From Octopus sinensis (Eukaryota): 64,000 bases of DNA. The position numbers and the translations under genes are program-made. A model generated the notes under the pieces. It did not search any database. It had not been told where the DNA came from and saw only the letters and a program-made list of their open reading frames with translations. Location: assembly GCF_006345805.1 (NCBI RefSeq), contig NC_043020.1:28768001-28832000 (forward strand), given 5' to 3'. Positions within the stretch are counted from its first letter, which is position 1. Every line of letters begins with the position of its first letter. This document shows positions 61,796-64,000 of this stretch, one piece after another.

Positions 61796-63149
61796 GAAAG
61801 ATGGTAATAATAACAATGAGTCAAGATAGATACAGAGTATTCAGGATAAAACACAGAGCTCCAATACAACCTCGCCTCTCCCCCACAAAAAACAAAAAGA
61901 TAGAATGTAAAACAACCACATAGAAGTAAAGAATGCATAGGTAGGGCAAAGGTAGCACTGGTGGTGGCTTGCAGGAAGCAATGAATTTTTGAAGGCTTCA
62001 GTACAGTATTCAGACAGTCAAAGAGCGACACAGGTAGTTTATTTCATGCTTGAACAAATCTGAACATTAAAAAAAAAAAAAGATTCTGAAAGTAATTTCA
62101 GTTACACTTTACTCTTTTACTTGTTTCAGTCATTTGGCTGTGGCCATGCTGGAGCACCGCCTTTAGTCAAGCAAATCGACCCCAGGACTTATTCTTCGTA
62201 AGCCTAGTACTTACTCTATGCAACAAAACACACACACAAAACATGAAACTTTTGCAGATCCTGCTAGTCTTACTGGAATTATCTGCACTAGCTTGGCAGC
62301 CAACACCTCATCTGTTCTGCTGTTGGTACCTTGTTACAGCTAAGTAAACTGTGGCATATAGAATTGTTTCTTATCTTATACTGCATTTTCTGGGAAAAAT
62401 AACGTTTTTGGTTATTGGCTTCACCAAGCTTTATCTCGTAGCTTTGAAATTTCGATGAGGTAACTTGTTTATTTTTACAATGACATTGTAGGGTTGTTGT
62501 GAGAGGCCTGATCTGGCCAGTTTGAACATAAAGCAGGTAGAATATTTGGGGCTGAATATGGAGGGTTTAAATGCTAAAGGGTTAAAGTCAAACACGGAAT
62601 ACTGGGAGTTGGAATAAATATTGCAAAGCATTCTATCAAAACCCCTAACATTTCTGCCAACTTGCTGCCTTACCTGCAGCTTACTTGTTTAAAAATAGGC
62701 GGCTTATAAGGGGCCACGTGGCTCCTTGGGTAATATCAACTGGTAGTGGTTGTGGTGGTGGTAAGGGATCAAGTTTCTGACTTGGTTACCATTCCCTAAT
62801 TGCAACATTTTCCAGTTTCTTAGCAAGCACCCCTTCAATAAAAAAATAAATTCTACAACTCCCTGCAGATGGAGATAATTAATCATTGCTCAGCTTGTTT
62901 TTTTTTTTTTTCTCTTAAATTAAGAAATTATTATTTTACGTAAAAAATTATTATTATTATTATTGTTGTTATGACAACACAATTCAGAATAGAGCAATCA
63001 AAGTCTAAAATACAAAACTCTACCAAAACAATCTACAACTGTTGTTGTTTATCATCTGACAAAAGGCTGTTTTATGTTGACAATAGACCAAAACAATACT
63101 TAATATCAATGTCACCACTGCTGCTGCCACCATTACCAGCAGCAGCAGT

Positions 63150-63345
63150 GGAGGTGCAATGGCCCAATGGTTAGGGCAGCAGACTCGTGGTCAGAGGATC
63201 ACGGTTTCGATTCCCAGGCCGGGCATTGTGTGTGTTTATTGAGCGAAAACACCTAAAGCTCCACGAGGCTCCGGCAGGGGGTGGTGGCGACCCCTGTTGT
63301 ACTCTTTTGCTCCAGCTTTTTCTCACTCTTTCTTCCTGTTTCTTG
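63150..63345 (+). mobile_element. SINE family D, 5' part
   Basis: ggaggtgcaatggcccaatggttagggcagc...ggtttcgattccc head. Confidence 0.7.
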
Positions 63346-64000
63346 TCCCTCGACTTCCTATGCAACTGCTGAGCCTAGATGCGCATTCATCCATCTGTCG
63401 ATGCTCTCGGTGTCGGCGGTTGACCTGTTTTTTCTTCTGTGGGTCTTACGAATAGCAAAGGACCACATTTCAGACTTCTCCCATCTTGCGGGCTCTGGGA
63501 TGAAGACCGTTTGCTCAACAGCAGCATTTACAGTTTAGTCCAGGGATAAGCAAAGTTAACAGCTGTTGTTGTTGTTCAAAGTCAGCCCTTATCCAGTAGA
63601 TCTATGATCAAAGGCACTCCAACCATGACCAGTCACATAATGCCAGTATGCAAATGGTACTTAATTTATCGACCCCAAAAGGATGAAAGGCAAAGTCAAC
63701 TTTAGCGGAATTTGAACTCAGAATGTAAAGACAAAGAAAATACAGCTAAGAATTTTGCCCAGTGTGCTAACGTTTTTGTTCTACTCCATGCACAAGGCCC
63801 GAAGTTTTGGGGGAGGGGAGCAGTCGATTAGGTTGACCCCAGTACGCAAATGGTACCAGGTTTAAGAAATAAGTTGTGTGGTTGATTTGTTTCAAAACAA
63901 TTTGATTATATAAGCATTAAGGCACATGGCTCAATGGTTAGAGCATCAGGCTCACAACCAGTAGGTAGTGAGTTCGATTCCCAGACCAGTCTGCTGTGCA

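Noticed and set aside
62243-62347. 34-aa signal-peptide-like sORF (MKLLQILLVLLELSALAWQPTPHLFCCWYLVTAK)
   Set aside because: Very short, directly abuts a truncated SINE, and has no promoter or splice support; expected by chance at this length.

Overview
AT-rich, repeat-dense metazoan genomic DNA. The tRNA-headed SINE families and heavy microsatellite load look like Octopus (my inference, no search run). The main gene is a minus-strand OTULIN/FAM105-family deubiquitinase with six phase-consistent exons (39020 to 16770; 2310 nt; 769 aa plus stop). It keeps the Cys/His/Asn triad, but a single 1477-nt exon adds a ~500-aa acidic, Ser/Pro-rich N-terminal extension. That extension contains a phospho-FFAT-like motif (QFYSATE), an acidic heptad repeat and other candidate linear motifs. 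A 108-codon orphan exon at 59649-59972 is phase-compatible with this gene and may be its first coding exon. A second, unrecognised minus-strand gene is suggested by small exons at 7294-2598. The rest is mostly mobile DNA: four SINE-like families; R4/Dong, RTE and CR1 LINE relics; a Penelope GIY-YIG relic; a DD37D (maT) mariner relic; hAT, piggyBac and Tc1 MITEs; and two non-autonomous Helitrons. The most striking non-coding item is an apparently intact minimal type I hammerhead ribozyme at 51235-51287, with decayed hammerhead-like motifs elsewhere. All calls are by eye; repeat boundaries are approximate unless TSDs/TIRs are given.
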